Assembly (NCBI RefSeq): GCF_009914755.1
Contig: NC_060928.1
DNA: 64,000 nucleotides
Reading direction: 5' to 3' (one strand)
Origin: the human T2T-CHM13v2.0 reference genome, Homo sapiens
The notes beneath the pieces were generated by a model, which was not told the DNA's origin, ran no database searches, and saw only the letters and a list, made by a program, of their open reading frames with translations. The stretch's first letter is position 1. Each line of letters opens with the position of its first letter. This document shows positions 52,558-64,000 of this stretch, in pieces. A program made the translations under genes and the position numbers.

Positions 52558-52661
52558 ACAATCAATTCGCTGCACTTTACTCTAGTGAGACAACCTTGTT
52601 TCACTTTTGTGTCAGTTCTACTCACATGGATAGAACTGTTTATTGTCTCATAGGTTTCAAG
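52558..52661. repeat. Dispersed ~105-bp repeat, copy 2
   Basis: Matches copy 1 at 50475-50579. Confidence 0.88.
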
Positions 52662-53024
52662 TTGTCAATAAGAACTCAGGGATGGTGGTGGTGAGGGGAG
52701 TGGATATAAAGAAATAAGATCATAGACTACTGGATAACAAGGTCATCTGATATGAGAAGCCATTTATATTTTATTTCCTTTGTTGGTTTTTGACAACAAC
52801 CTAAGAATCTTGAATCATTCATACCACATGTCAAGAAGCCAGGCACTGTGTAGGGAAGATGTTAACAGGGGAAAAGAAAGAGTCCCTTCCTTCAAGGAGC
52901 CAGCATTCTAGTGGTAGATTTGCACAGGGAAATAAGCAACTTTAGTTTGAAAAATGAATGCTTATATAGCACTCTCTATGTATTTTGTATGTGTTAACTT
53001 ATCCAATATTCATGTTCCATGAGT

Positions 53025-53881
53025 CATATGTTAGTTTTTGCTATATAAGAAACCTCCCCCAAACATAATGGCTTAACATAATTATTGGTTTAGCTCACAA
53101 TTCTGTGGTCTGCCAATGTAGGCTGTGCTCATCTGGGCTCACTCATGCATCTGTGGCCAGCTGGCAGAGATATGGTCATCTTACATGTCATGCAAGTGGT
53201 TGGAGTAATGGGTACAACTGGACCATGTCTCTGTCACCATCCAGATGACTAGCCCGTACTTCTTCATTTGATGGTAGCTGCAGAGTTCCCAAGAGCAGCA
53301 AGAGGGAGTAGGTGCCATTGTACAGCATTTTGCAAGCCTCTGCCTGGGACACATTTGTTACTGTCCCATTGGCCAAAGCAAGTGACAAGGCCAGCCCAGA
53401 TTCAAGGGAGGAAGAAAGAGTTTAACTTTGATGGAGGAAATTACAATGGCATATTGGAAAGGGATATGCTATAGTTTGAGTGTTTGCATACCCCCAAATT
53501 CATATGTTGAAATCCCAACCCCTAAGGTAATGGTGTTTGAAGGGGGTCTTTTGTGAGTTTACGTGGTAATAAGGGCTCTGCCTTCATAAATGGGATTAAT
53601 GCCCTTATAAAAAAAGACCAGAGGACTAGCTCATCCCTTCTACCATGTAAGGACACAGCGAGAAGGAACCAACTATGAGCTAGAAATCTGATCTTCACCA
53701 GACACTGGATCTGCTGGCACCTTGATCTTGGACTTTTCAATCTCCAGAACTGTGAGAATTAAATTTCTGTTATTTCTGACCTACTCAATGTGTGGTATTT
53801 TGTTATAACAGCCTGAAAAATCTAAGGCAAGATAGATACAGAGAAGGGAAGAATTTGTGATCATTTTTTCTATCTACTCCA
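53025..53881 (-). mobile_element. MLT1H/I-like LTR interrupted by MLT1A
   Basis: 'gctcacaattctgtgg...gggctcactcatgcatctgtggccagctgg...tcccattggccaaagcaagtgacaaggccagcccagattcaaggg'. Confidence 0.7.
53467..53829 (+). mobile_element. MLT1A-like solo LTR
   Basis: tgctatagtttgagtgtttg...aaattcatatgttgaaatcc...ctaaggca; TSD ggata/agata. Confidence 0.88.
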
Positions 53882-54019
53882 GGAACTATTAATATCGCCG
53901 TGAGGCACAGAGAGGTTAAAGAACTTAAAGCTTAAGTTAAAGCTTATTGAGCTACAAAGTGACAAAGCCAAGATTCAAACAAGGCAGTCTTGCTTCATCA
54001 CCAAGAAGCTACCCACTAT

Positions 54020-54839
54020 ACTATATTGCAAATGCCACAAAGGGCTGATTCCTGTGCTGTGGGAACACATAAGAAAAGCCTTCAATTCAATCTTGGGTAT
54101 TAGGGAAGCTTTCATAGATGAACCTAATGGCAATTCCAAATCCTAATGGACAAGCATGTATCAACCACTTGAGAAGGAAGAAAGAAGAGGAACATTGTCT
54201 TAAAACAGACCACATATGCAAAGTAACAGAGATTGAGAAAGTTTATGGTGCAGAGAGCTGCAAGTAGTTCCCTGGGCTGGAGAGCAAGTTCTGTGGCAGG
54301 AGAGGTGAGCTGTGGCCAGACTGTGGCAGTCTTAAAACCAAGCTTTGGACTTAAGTTTTAATCAGAGACATCAGCAGACCACTGAAAAATTTCAGTCCAA
54401 GGAATAATAGCTTTAGATTGTGGCTTTAGATTCACCACTCTGGCATTCATGAAAAGAATGGAATCAGGCAACATGGCAAACAGGTGGAGTAATTTCCAAG
54501 GGTCATCCAGTGACTAAACAATAAAGTCTGATGGCCTGAACTAAGGTAGAGGCAATGGAGATTTTTAAAAAGACACACTAGAAAGATAATTAGAAGGCAA
54601 GACTTGATGACTGGTAAATGTGATGAAGGAGTCAGAATGATGATGCCCGAGTTCTGGCTGAGATGCTGCTTGGATGATGGTACCTTTCCTGAACCATGGA
54701 GGTCACAAAGGCATTTCAGAGAAGGAGATGACATCTTCTCATTTGCATATGAAAATGAATTATTCAGTTATGAGATGGGAATTACCCTGGAGTTCCAGAG
54801 AGAGACTGGGTTGAAGAAATAGATCCAAATGTCATCAGT
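54020..54839 (-). mobile_element. L2 fragment
   Basis: 'ttcaccactctggca', 'gatggcctgaactaagg', 'gaaggagtcagaatgatg' are antisense L2 motifs. Confidence 0.65.
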
Positions 54840-55208
54840 TGATATGGTTTGAATTTGTGTCCTCACCCAAATCTCAGGTAAAATTGGAGGAGGGGCCCGG
54901 TGGGAGGTGATTGGATCATGGGGCCAGAATCCCCCTTGCTATTCTCATGATAGTGAGTGAGTTCTCACAAGATCTGATGGTTTAAAAGTGTATCGCGCTT
55001 CCTGTTTCACTCTCTCTCTCTCCTGCCAGCATGTGAAGAAGGCGCTTGTTTCCCCTTTACCTTTCCGCCACGATTGTAAGTTTCCTAAGGCTTCCCAGCC
55101 ATGCTTCCTATACAGCCTGTGGAATTGTGAGTCAATTAAACCTCTTTTCTTCATATATTAGCCAATCTCAGGTAGTCCTTTATAGCAGTGTGAGAACAGA
55201 CTAATACA
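54840..55208 (+). mobile_element. MSTA/THE1D-like solo LTR
   Basis: tgatatggtttg...gtgggaggtgattggatcatgggg...gaacagactaataca; TSD tcagt/ccagt. Confidence 0.9.
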
Positions 55209-55259
55209 CCAGTATACAGAAAAAAGTGGCCATGGAAAGTGTATGTCCATAATACATTG

Positions 55260-55480
55260 CATTTAATAGGCATTTTTCTGTACCTTGAACAATTTCAAAA
55301 CACTTTACACTATTTAACTAGTTTAATTTTCACAACAAGTCTATGAGGTAATACTGTTATTATACTCATTTTACAGATGAGAAAATTAAGGCACACAGTT
55401 ATTAAGGCAAACAGTGGTAGAGCCAGCATTCAAACCTGGGTAATCTGGCTGTAGACCTTATGCTGCTAATCATGAAGTTA
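55260..55480 (-). mobile_element. MIR
   Basis: 'cattttacagatgagaaaattaaggcaca...agagccagcattcaaacc'. Confidence 0.75.
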
Positions 55481-56036
55481 TACCGCTCCTCTGTACAGAA
55501 TGAGGAAGGATTCTACTGCAGAATACTGCACAATACAAATACTAACCTTGGCTTACCATGGTGAACGAGGTACAAAAATCCAGCCTTCAAAAAATGTCAG
55601 TTGGTAAGAAATGTAGGGTTGTATCATTGTGAGGTGGCTAGGAAAAAATACACACTCATTCATTATGCGCAATCACAAAAAAACACAAAATCGTGAAAAT
55701 TACATTACATTAACAGATAACACACTAAACTGAAAAAGTCCCAAATAACCCCAAGGCAGAGGGCAGAATCCCTTTTTAATTCCATCCCACTAAACCTATT
55801 GCTCCTCCATAGAAAATAGTTATGTTAGTCTGTCCCACCGAAGAACTGGGACGGGGCACAGGATTGGAGCCAATTTTTAAATGAATTTTATCAGAATTCT
55901 GGCTATCCCTGTGCCATGAAATCAAGCAAAAAGAATTTTCCAAGGAGGCAGAGGCTTAGTTACAAGAGGTAACAAGATGTCAAGGACACCAAAACCTGAA
56001 ATAACTTATTGATAGTATTTAGAAATAAGGAGATCA

Positions 56037-56353
<317 letters not shown>

Positions 56354-59300
56354 TCACCTTCCTACAAAGATTAGCAAGAAATTCCTTGTTCATATATTTA
56401 AGATTGCGCTCTGAAAGTTAACATTGTTTTATTTTCCAGGCTATCATTGTGTATAATTGGTATTTCCAGATAATAGTAAGAGCTACCGTTTTTTGAGCAC
56501 CTATCATATGCCAAGTTCTGTAATTGGCACTTCTTATTATGTCTGACAACTACCTACAATGTAGCAGATTTCTTTTCCATTTGACAAGTGAAGATACCCA
56601 GGCTTAGAGCAGTTATCTGAGATCACAAGTCTGATCATTGACAAAACTAACATGCTGCTTCAAAACTCACCAGGTTCACAGGCTTTATTTTTTGTTTTGT
56701 TTTGTTTATTCACTACACTCTGCAGTCCCCCTAGTGTTCCTATGACAAAAGAAGGAATGTCATCAATCGTATCTGCTGATTCAAGGATCTCATTTTCATC
56801 AATTTTTCCAATGTGGGCTGCCTTCACAATTTTGGCTGGTGTTTCTAAAGCATAGACATTCAAGCATTCTCTGGCTTTGCTTGTGGAGATGTTTGAATAA
56901 GTAATAAAAAGGTCAAAAGCTGAAGACAGGATAAGGAGGAAGGAAGGATACTGATGTCTTATTCCTTTCGTTGGAGAAGGCGGGGGCTGGAAAAGGGAGG
57001 ACAGTGCTTCTTGCCAGTCGCTTTCTTACTGAGGCACAGTTACTGAAACCAGCATTTTATGATGGGGCCAATTCAACTGTCCAAATCCAGTCTCCCATCT
57101 AAAACTACTTGGAGGGGAAGTTCATTTACACAGCTAAATCAGGGACTGAGAAGACCTTCCAGAGAGGAGTTCTGAAGTGGATGTCAGCAAATGGAGTCTG
57201 GAGCTTTTGCTAACTACAAGATCCCTTTTATCTGACCTCAGTACCTTTTTATCCAGTTCCTGTGCTTACCAGCTAGGGCATTTTGATGGCACTTGAACAG
57301 TGGAAGATCTATAGTGAACAAGAGATAACCCCCAGTACGGAGTATTCCTTCTTGCATAATGGAGCTTTTTATGCTGTGTAGACATTGCAAAGCCATGTTT
57401 GAAAAGAAATAATAGTCTTATTGCTCGTATCGAGAGATGAGATTAAAAACTAGTATTTGCTGAACACTTAAGTGGCAGGCACTTTTGAAATATATATATT
57501 ACATGTATTATGTATTACCTCATTGAATACTTATGTGAGGTAAATGCTACCAAATTCTCATTTTCCAGAAGGAAGGACTGAGGCAAGGAAAGTGGAAGTA
57601 TCTTACCAACGCAGCTAGCTCCACTGAGCAGGTGATTATCCGGAAATGCCAAATAAGTGGATTCAGTTCAATAAAAAAAAGTTCAAAAATATATCAAGGT
57701 AAGAATAACCAGTGTGTGGAAGCAGAACATTGATGGGGCCCAAAAGCAAACCAGTACGAGTAGTGGAGAAAGCTAGGCCAGCAGGGAATCCGCACTGGCT
57801 CTAAAGTGAGAAGGGTTGGGTTTTTATGTTTGCCAGTCATATTGGTATAACTTTGAACTGATGTTTAACTTCTTTTACCATTAGTTTTCTCATCTGTAAT
57901 GTGGGAGTAGCAAGGCATCTCTGGGGTGAAATGAGAATTAAGTGTGATGGTATGTGAAAAAGTGCTTAGTAATTTGGACATCATATGTTAGATCTTAGAA
58001 CAATTCAGCATGATCCATCTGTCCAATGAATTAAAGTTGATGATTATTCTATCATCAAAAGAGTAATGATAATGAGACAGTTTGTGAAGCTAGGTGGGCA
58101 TGAGAACATAATTTTTTTAATTAATGGAAATTTAGCTAATGGCACATCATCATGGATCAATAACTAAGCAGATGGTAAAAGTAAAACAATCATTATTGTT
58201 TTTGGTAACCAACCCAAATGCAATAGTTTTAGAATATTAGAAAGGAGTGCAAACCATGTTTGGGAGCAAAGGTCATTTTCTGATAATGAATAGTAGTGCA
58301 CAAAAATATGCTGGAGATGAAAAGCATGATGTCAGCATCCTAACAAGTAAATGTGTTAAATGAATGCAAAATTCCTGATTGCCCAGTCTAAAGTAGACAG
58401 AGGCACCCTCCCTTTCACTCCATTTTTTTTCTCCATCACAGTGTTTTCTTCCTTTATTATGCATGATTTATCACAAGTTAATTATAAATATTTATCTTTT
58501 GTGTATCATATTATTTAGTGGTCATCTCCCAGTATAGACACACAAACAGACACACACACCCACTCCTGTAGTCTCTGGGAGGACTGAAATCGCATTTGGT
58601 TTATTGACAAATGAATATCTAATACCAGTGCCTAAAACAAAATATCCACTCAATAAAAGTCTGAGTAAAAGAATGAATGAGTCTTCTGTTTTCTGGGTTA
58701 TTTCTGCTACACCTCGAGGCACCATGCATAGACAAGGACACAGTGAACATACAATACTTTGTAAGCTTTACAGAGAACGTTATTGAGACTGATGGGCATA
58801 CTGATTGTAGAGGGATAATGGTGGGTGGGGAGGGTGTTGTGGAGAGCTGACCTCCTGGAACTATTCAGGGAATGTAAAGAAGCATTAACAGAGATGCCCA
58901 GTCCCCAGTAACTCAGCTGTGGCATGCTTAGTTCAACTTGCAAGTACAGGTGCCTCTCCCCAGCACAGCAATATGTGTCCAGGTTTGTTTTTATCGTACT
59001 GTTGTCTTGGAGGCATTGCAGACTGTCCTCTCTAAAGAGCCATTGATGGTATTCTCTCTCCTAAAGTTACTGTCTGCTTTGCTGGCAAAGATAGATGCAG
59101 ATAATTAAGGTTCCCATTTACAGGAAGCCCAGAGGAATGAATAACAAGGACCTGGGTGAAGTTCAGGTGAGAACAATGATGCAATCCAGTCTTGAACTCA
59201 TGAGCAGTGTCCCTAACACCTGACCTCCTGGCTCACCTGAGATATGCTGGTAGGGAACAGTACCTTCTGACCACTTTCCTGGCCCCTCATAATCTCATTG

Positions 59301-62300
59301 CTTCCTCTAAAATCTCTTCCTCCCAGGTCCCTAGCCAGGGTATATCTTATATTTTTCCTCTTACTATCTTCTTGTCTCTAAGATTAAAATTTGGTGAATA
59401 ATCAGGAAGGTTCTGATCACATGGCCTAAATTAGTATCAGCAGGAGGAAAATCAGAACCCTGTTCCTCAAGAGAGGAAGAGATTTTTGTCTCCTGAAATA
59501 CAACTATGCTAACAGCATTCTTCGAAATTGGATCCTAATGAAAATGTCTGCAATATCTACTGGGAAATTCCATGTTCTCATCCTCATCTCAATAAGCCAA
59601 ATGACTCTTTATGATCCACCAAAGAAATGCTGCCAATTCTAAATGCTTCCCATGTTTCTATCCACCACTCAGAGGAGGGAATAATTACTAGAACTGTCAT
59701 CGAAAGGTATAAAAAGACGAGATATCCTCAGAGTTGAAGGTAAATAAGGGTAGGTTTGTCTCAGAAATACTTGGAGAAACAGAAAAAGAGAACAACTAAC
59801 ACCAGACTATGATTTACCAAACATAAGAAAACCTTATACAGACAGAGCTTCATGATGTAGAAAAAAAATTAACTTCCTTTTTGCCTGGCATCTTGTATGA
59901 ATACATTCAAAAGGCTCTTATGGCTTGTCAAGTGCTAACTCCAGGTCCAGACTCCTGGGTCCCATTAGACACGATCATGTGCATTATCTAACACCTTTCT
60001 TTGGGGACCAGAGCTGAAGCTTTGTTTTCTGGGGCTCAAGCTTGCCTCATCCTTGTTTTTCTCCTTTCTTAACCAGTTCTGCGCTGGGATTCAGCATGCC
60101 TTGGGCATAAATTCATCTGAGTTACAACAACCAGTTTTAAAGCCTAAGGAAATATCATTTAGAAAAATAGGACAAAAGGAGTTATCAATCTGGATGACAA
60201 AACTTTGACAGGTCAGAACCTAGTTGGAACAACTAGGTTATTTCATTTTTGGGAAGCCTTTGTAATTTTTTTCATGACTCTTATTAAAAATAAGTCAATC
60301 TCATTGTTTTATATACACATGAGAAAATATATATGTGTATATACATGTATATACATAAAGCATTGAGAAATTGCCTTCATTAACATTTGCTAGGATATGT
60401 CTAATATATTTACTTTTAATTTCACTCACAATACTGTTTTCCTTCCTAGAAGAATATTTATTTGTAATTAGGAAATTATAATAAGAAATTTTATAGTTCA
60501 GCAAATAAGATTGTAAAGGCAAAGAAAATCAAATAGGAATGAAGGGTTTAGACATTAGCCCTGGAGGGCTGTCTCTGGCCTTGTGTCACTTCACATTCAC
60601 TTAATATGTGCTTTCTTTGGCTTGTTGATAAGAACACAAGTAAAGACTGCTATAGAAATTATATTCCTCCTTTCCTCACACATGATTGTCATTTAACACT
60701 GAAGAGCAAGAAAATAGACCCCGTTTAGAACATCACTTCAGACAAAAAAAAACAACTGAGGCAGCTGAATGTACTCCCTCCTGCCACATGATGACTGGGA
60801 CAACAGGATGAAAATAGTGCGACACAAATGGAAATGTCAAAGATTAACTTTACATCCTGACATTCCTATCTGAACAATCTTGAGCTAAATTCTCTGTCTT
60901 TATGTCAAGGAACACACACTCTCGAGGCATTTTGGTTAGCAGTCTCTCCACCCACCATCCAGATTCTCTTTTTCTGGGATATGTTTAGGTGTTGGAGAGA
61001 ATCACATGGTTTGCTCCAGAAATCATTCTCAGCTACATCTAGTTATTTTAAATCACTTCCCAACAGCAGACACTGCAGAAAACTTTCAGTGTGTTAAGTC
61101 TTCACTGACCAGTTCCTCCTGCTCTTCACCTTTTCCCACCCTGAAGATAAAATATTACAAAGGCAGCTGAGCACTGGAGAGACCAGGGACATGAAGCAAC
61201 ACCATCTCCCACACTCCCCCAAGTGCATCATATCCAGCCTCTGAAAAGGGAAAGTCAAGAAGTCACAAATGACATCTTGAGGTCTTGGTGGGGATGAGTT
61301 GTAATATTCAGAAGCTGCACGGAGCTTCTCAGTGATCCTGTAAAAGTTGTCTGTGGGTGGTGGTATTTGGGAATCCTTCCCACTGCAGTCTCCAGAGGCA
61401 TGAGAGATGGGGCAGAAGTAACAGCCTTTCTCAGAGAACAGATGCCAATGAGTTTTACTCTCCCAGCTCCCCTGGCACTCCGTATAAATCGAGTCCTCAA
61501 TAAATATTTGCCAAAAACCAAGGCTTTCAACAATCCAAATAGCTTATTCCTTTATCAGTTTACTCTTCATATGAAAATATAATTGATAAGCCCTATTTTT
61601 TTGCAAGGTCTTAGCATTGAGTTCAAATATCTACTTTTACAGACAAGGTACCAACATCGCAAAGACTTAGAGCAACTTGACCAAGATGGCCCAGTTAGTT
61701 CCAGCTGCAGCCAAGACAATTTGGCGGCTGTTGGACCTTGACCCTCCTTGCCTTCTTCAAGCTCATACCTCCTGTGTCTCTTTTATTCCAGCTCACTCGT
61801 CTCCTTTCCAACCTCATGATTTTCCACATGATTCCTTGTGCCAGGAATGCTCTCCTTTCCTCTTTTAAGCTGTTCTTTACCATTCTTCAGGTTTTATTAC
61901 AAATATCACTTCCTCAGAAAATTCCTGACTGCCTGGGCTAAAGTATATATCTTCTATGTTCTCATTTCTCTTTATCTTTCAGAGTATCTTGTTTCTTTCA
62001 TGGCCTTTACCACAAATTGCAAATACATATTTTTTGGTGTGTATTCACTTGTTTAATAATTATCTCCTCCCCAACACACACCTGTCATCTCCTAGAAGAC
62101 AGCACTACATTTTTTTTTCAAATAGGTATGTAGTGCTAGGCTCAGTGTCTAGCACAAAATAGCTACTCAATAAAGATTGGTTGAATAAAAAGTTGGATGA
62201 TTTTTTTGTTCCTGGGGTTATCATTTCTGCACAAAACAATGCACAGTTGTATCCCTTCAATAAAAAGATAACTGAGGATGCATTTAGCTTGTCAGCTGAT

Positions 62301-63469
62301 TTGTCTGGATCATTTTGGCATTATAAAAGGTGCAGGTCATCCTGAAAATTTCATTTCTAAGTATTACCACTGATCATCAAAGGAATGAATTAACGATAAA
62401 GACATCCAAAAATCAAAATGCCATTGTACGACATCTGTCACCTTGAGGTGACACTTCCTCCAAAGAGGGTAAACAAGGAAGCAAAAGTATTGCAATAATG
62501 CAAATGAGCATTTGAATACACACTCCAGAAAACAGCAGTGGACAAAAGTTGGAATTAGCAAATATGACATTTACAGTTCAGATCACACCTCAAAAAGACA
62601 TAATAATTTATTTTTGATACATCAAATGAAACAACTTAAATTTTTTCACTCTCAATAGTTTCTCCCTTTTGTTTATTGTCATCTTATTCATTTATCAAGA
62701 AAGCCCTTCAAGGACTCTCTAGTGCCTTCAGGATGAAGTCCACCCTCCTGTGAAGGATATGCCTGGCCTCCCATAATCTATCCCCTACCCTTTCCTTTGG
62801 AGTCACACTCTAACATGTTATCAACATTGAATGCTGTCAGTTAAGTTATACTGCTAGACTCCTTTATTATTAAGCATTTTTGAATTTCCACAATGTAGAG
62901 AGAAATGTTTTATGAGAAACCTCACAATAAAGTGATATGGGCTAAAGAATATTACTAGATATCCTTTAAAACTTACATCCCTACACCCAGATGATGTACG
63001 ACTCCCAGACTTGAATGGGGAGATGTTCACACATATGGATGATGGAGCTCCACTCCAGAACTGCTGAAATTGTAGGGCTGGAAGCTACTGATTTCAAGCC
63101 TTTTCTCCAGAGGGGTAGATGATAAGCTCGGGATCACTGATATTTCAAGAAAAAATACAATTTAATTATTAGGTAGCTGCCATTGTATTTGGACAATAAT
63201 CTGTGTCAGTTAAAGAATTAAAACAATACAGTCATTTGACTGTTGAACAAAGATATTCAGTTTGGGTAAAAATCCAATCTTTGAGATGAGGAGCAGAATT
63301 TAAAAATGAAATGCAATGAAAAGATTAATTTTGCCTTCAATGTGAAGAGTGAGATACTGATGGTTAGATTTTCAACAAAGAAAAGTCAATGAATCTTAAA
63401 TGAAAATCTATTGTTGGTTAGGCCCTCAGTGTGAGTCAGAGGGTACCTCAAGTTTAGCAGCAAGTTGAC

Positions 63470-63680
63470 CACTAAAGAAACCAGATGAACTCAAGTTCAA
63501 ACCTCAGCTCTGACTTGTAAGAGGCACATGACTTTAGGTAGCAAACTTAACCCCTATAACACTTTGTTTTCTCATCTGTTCAATAGACGTAATTTCTGTC
63601 TCATAGCACTGTTGTAAGAATCAAGCGGTAAAAAATACATAGCATAGAACCTGGCTCATTTAAGAACTCCCAATGCTAAA
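63470..63680 (+). mobile_element. MIR
   Basis: 'ttcaaacctcagctctg...tgactttagg...cttaacc...ttctcatctgt'. Confidence 0.65.
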
Positions 63681-63702
63681 ACAGTCTCATAAAGAAGATG
63701 TA

Positions 63703-64000
63703 CATATAAAACCAAAAATGAGCCAATTGCCAAGGCAATCCTTAGGAAAAAGAACAAAGCTGCAGGCATCCTGCTACCCAACTTCAAACTATATTACTCG
63801 GTTAGAGTAACCAAAACAGCATGCTACTGGTACAAAAACAAACACATAAACCAATGGAACAGAATAGAGAACCCAGAAATAAGACCACACACCTACAACT
63901 ATCTGATTTTAACAAAGCTGACAAAAACAAGCAATGGGGAAAGGATTTCCTATTCAGTAAATGGTGCTGGGATAACTGGCTAGCTATATGCAGAAGATTA
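63703..64000 (+). mobile_element. L1 ORF2 fragment (continues past the window end)
   Basis: Translates to [16 protein letters not shown]...[24 protein letters not shown], the L1 ORF2 post-RT region, then appears to frameshift. Confidence 0.92.

Overview
Primate, almost certainly human, genomic DNA: AT-rich, repeat-dense, with one CpG island at about 44.1-45.35 kb. The only protein-coding sequence I can support is a 61-nt first coding exon on the minus strand (44430-44490, [21 protein letters not shown], followed by a GT donor). I recognise it as the N-terminus of KCNIP4 (KChIP4, Kv4 channel-interacting protein 4, chr4p15). Bases 1-44429 are therefore the start of KCNIP4's very large first intron, and 45-64 kb is upstream/intergenic. 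The rest is mostly interspersed repeats (Alu, L1, L2, MIR, MaLR LTRs, hAT/TcMar DNA elements), many with readable target-site duplications (TSDs) and nesting. The other ORF-track entries are repeat-derived or GC-rich artefacts. I see no prokaryote-style system (CRISPR, operon, RNA gene). The best candidates for something undescribed are: (i) an in-frame ACG in strong Kozak context that could extend KChIP4 by 36 aa; (ii) two ~81%-identical ~105-bp elements 2.1 kb apart upstream, each folding into a ~75-nt hairpin; (iii) AG|GT recursive-splice-like sites in the giant intron; (iv) unusual retrotransposition or template-switch scars (twin-primed L1, poly(A)-only insertion, Alu monomer with an inverted tail). 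Repeat subfamily calls are by eye, and boundaries of old repeats are approximate.
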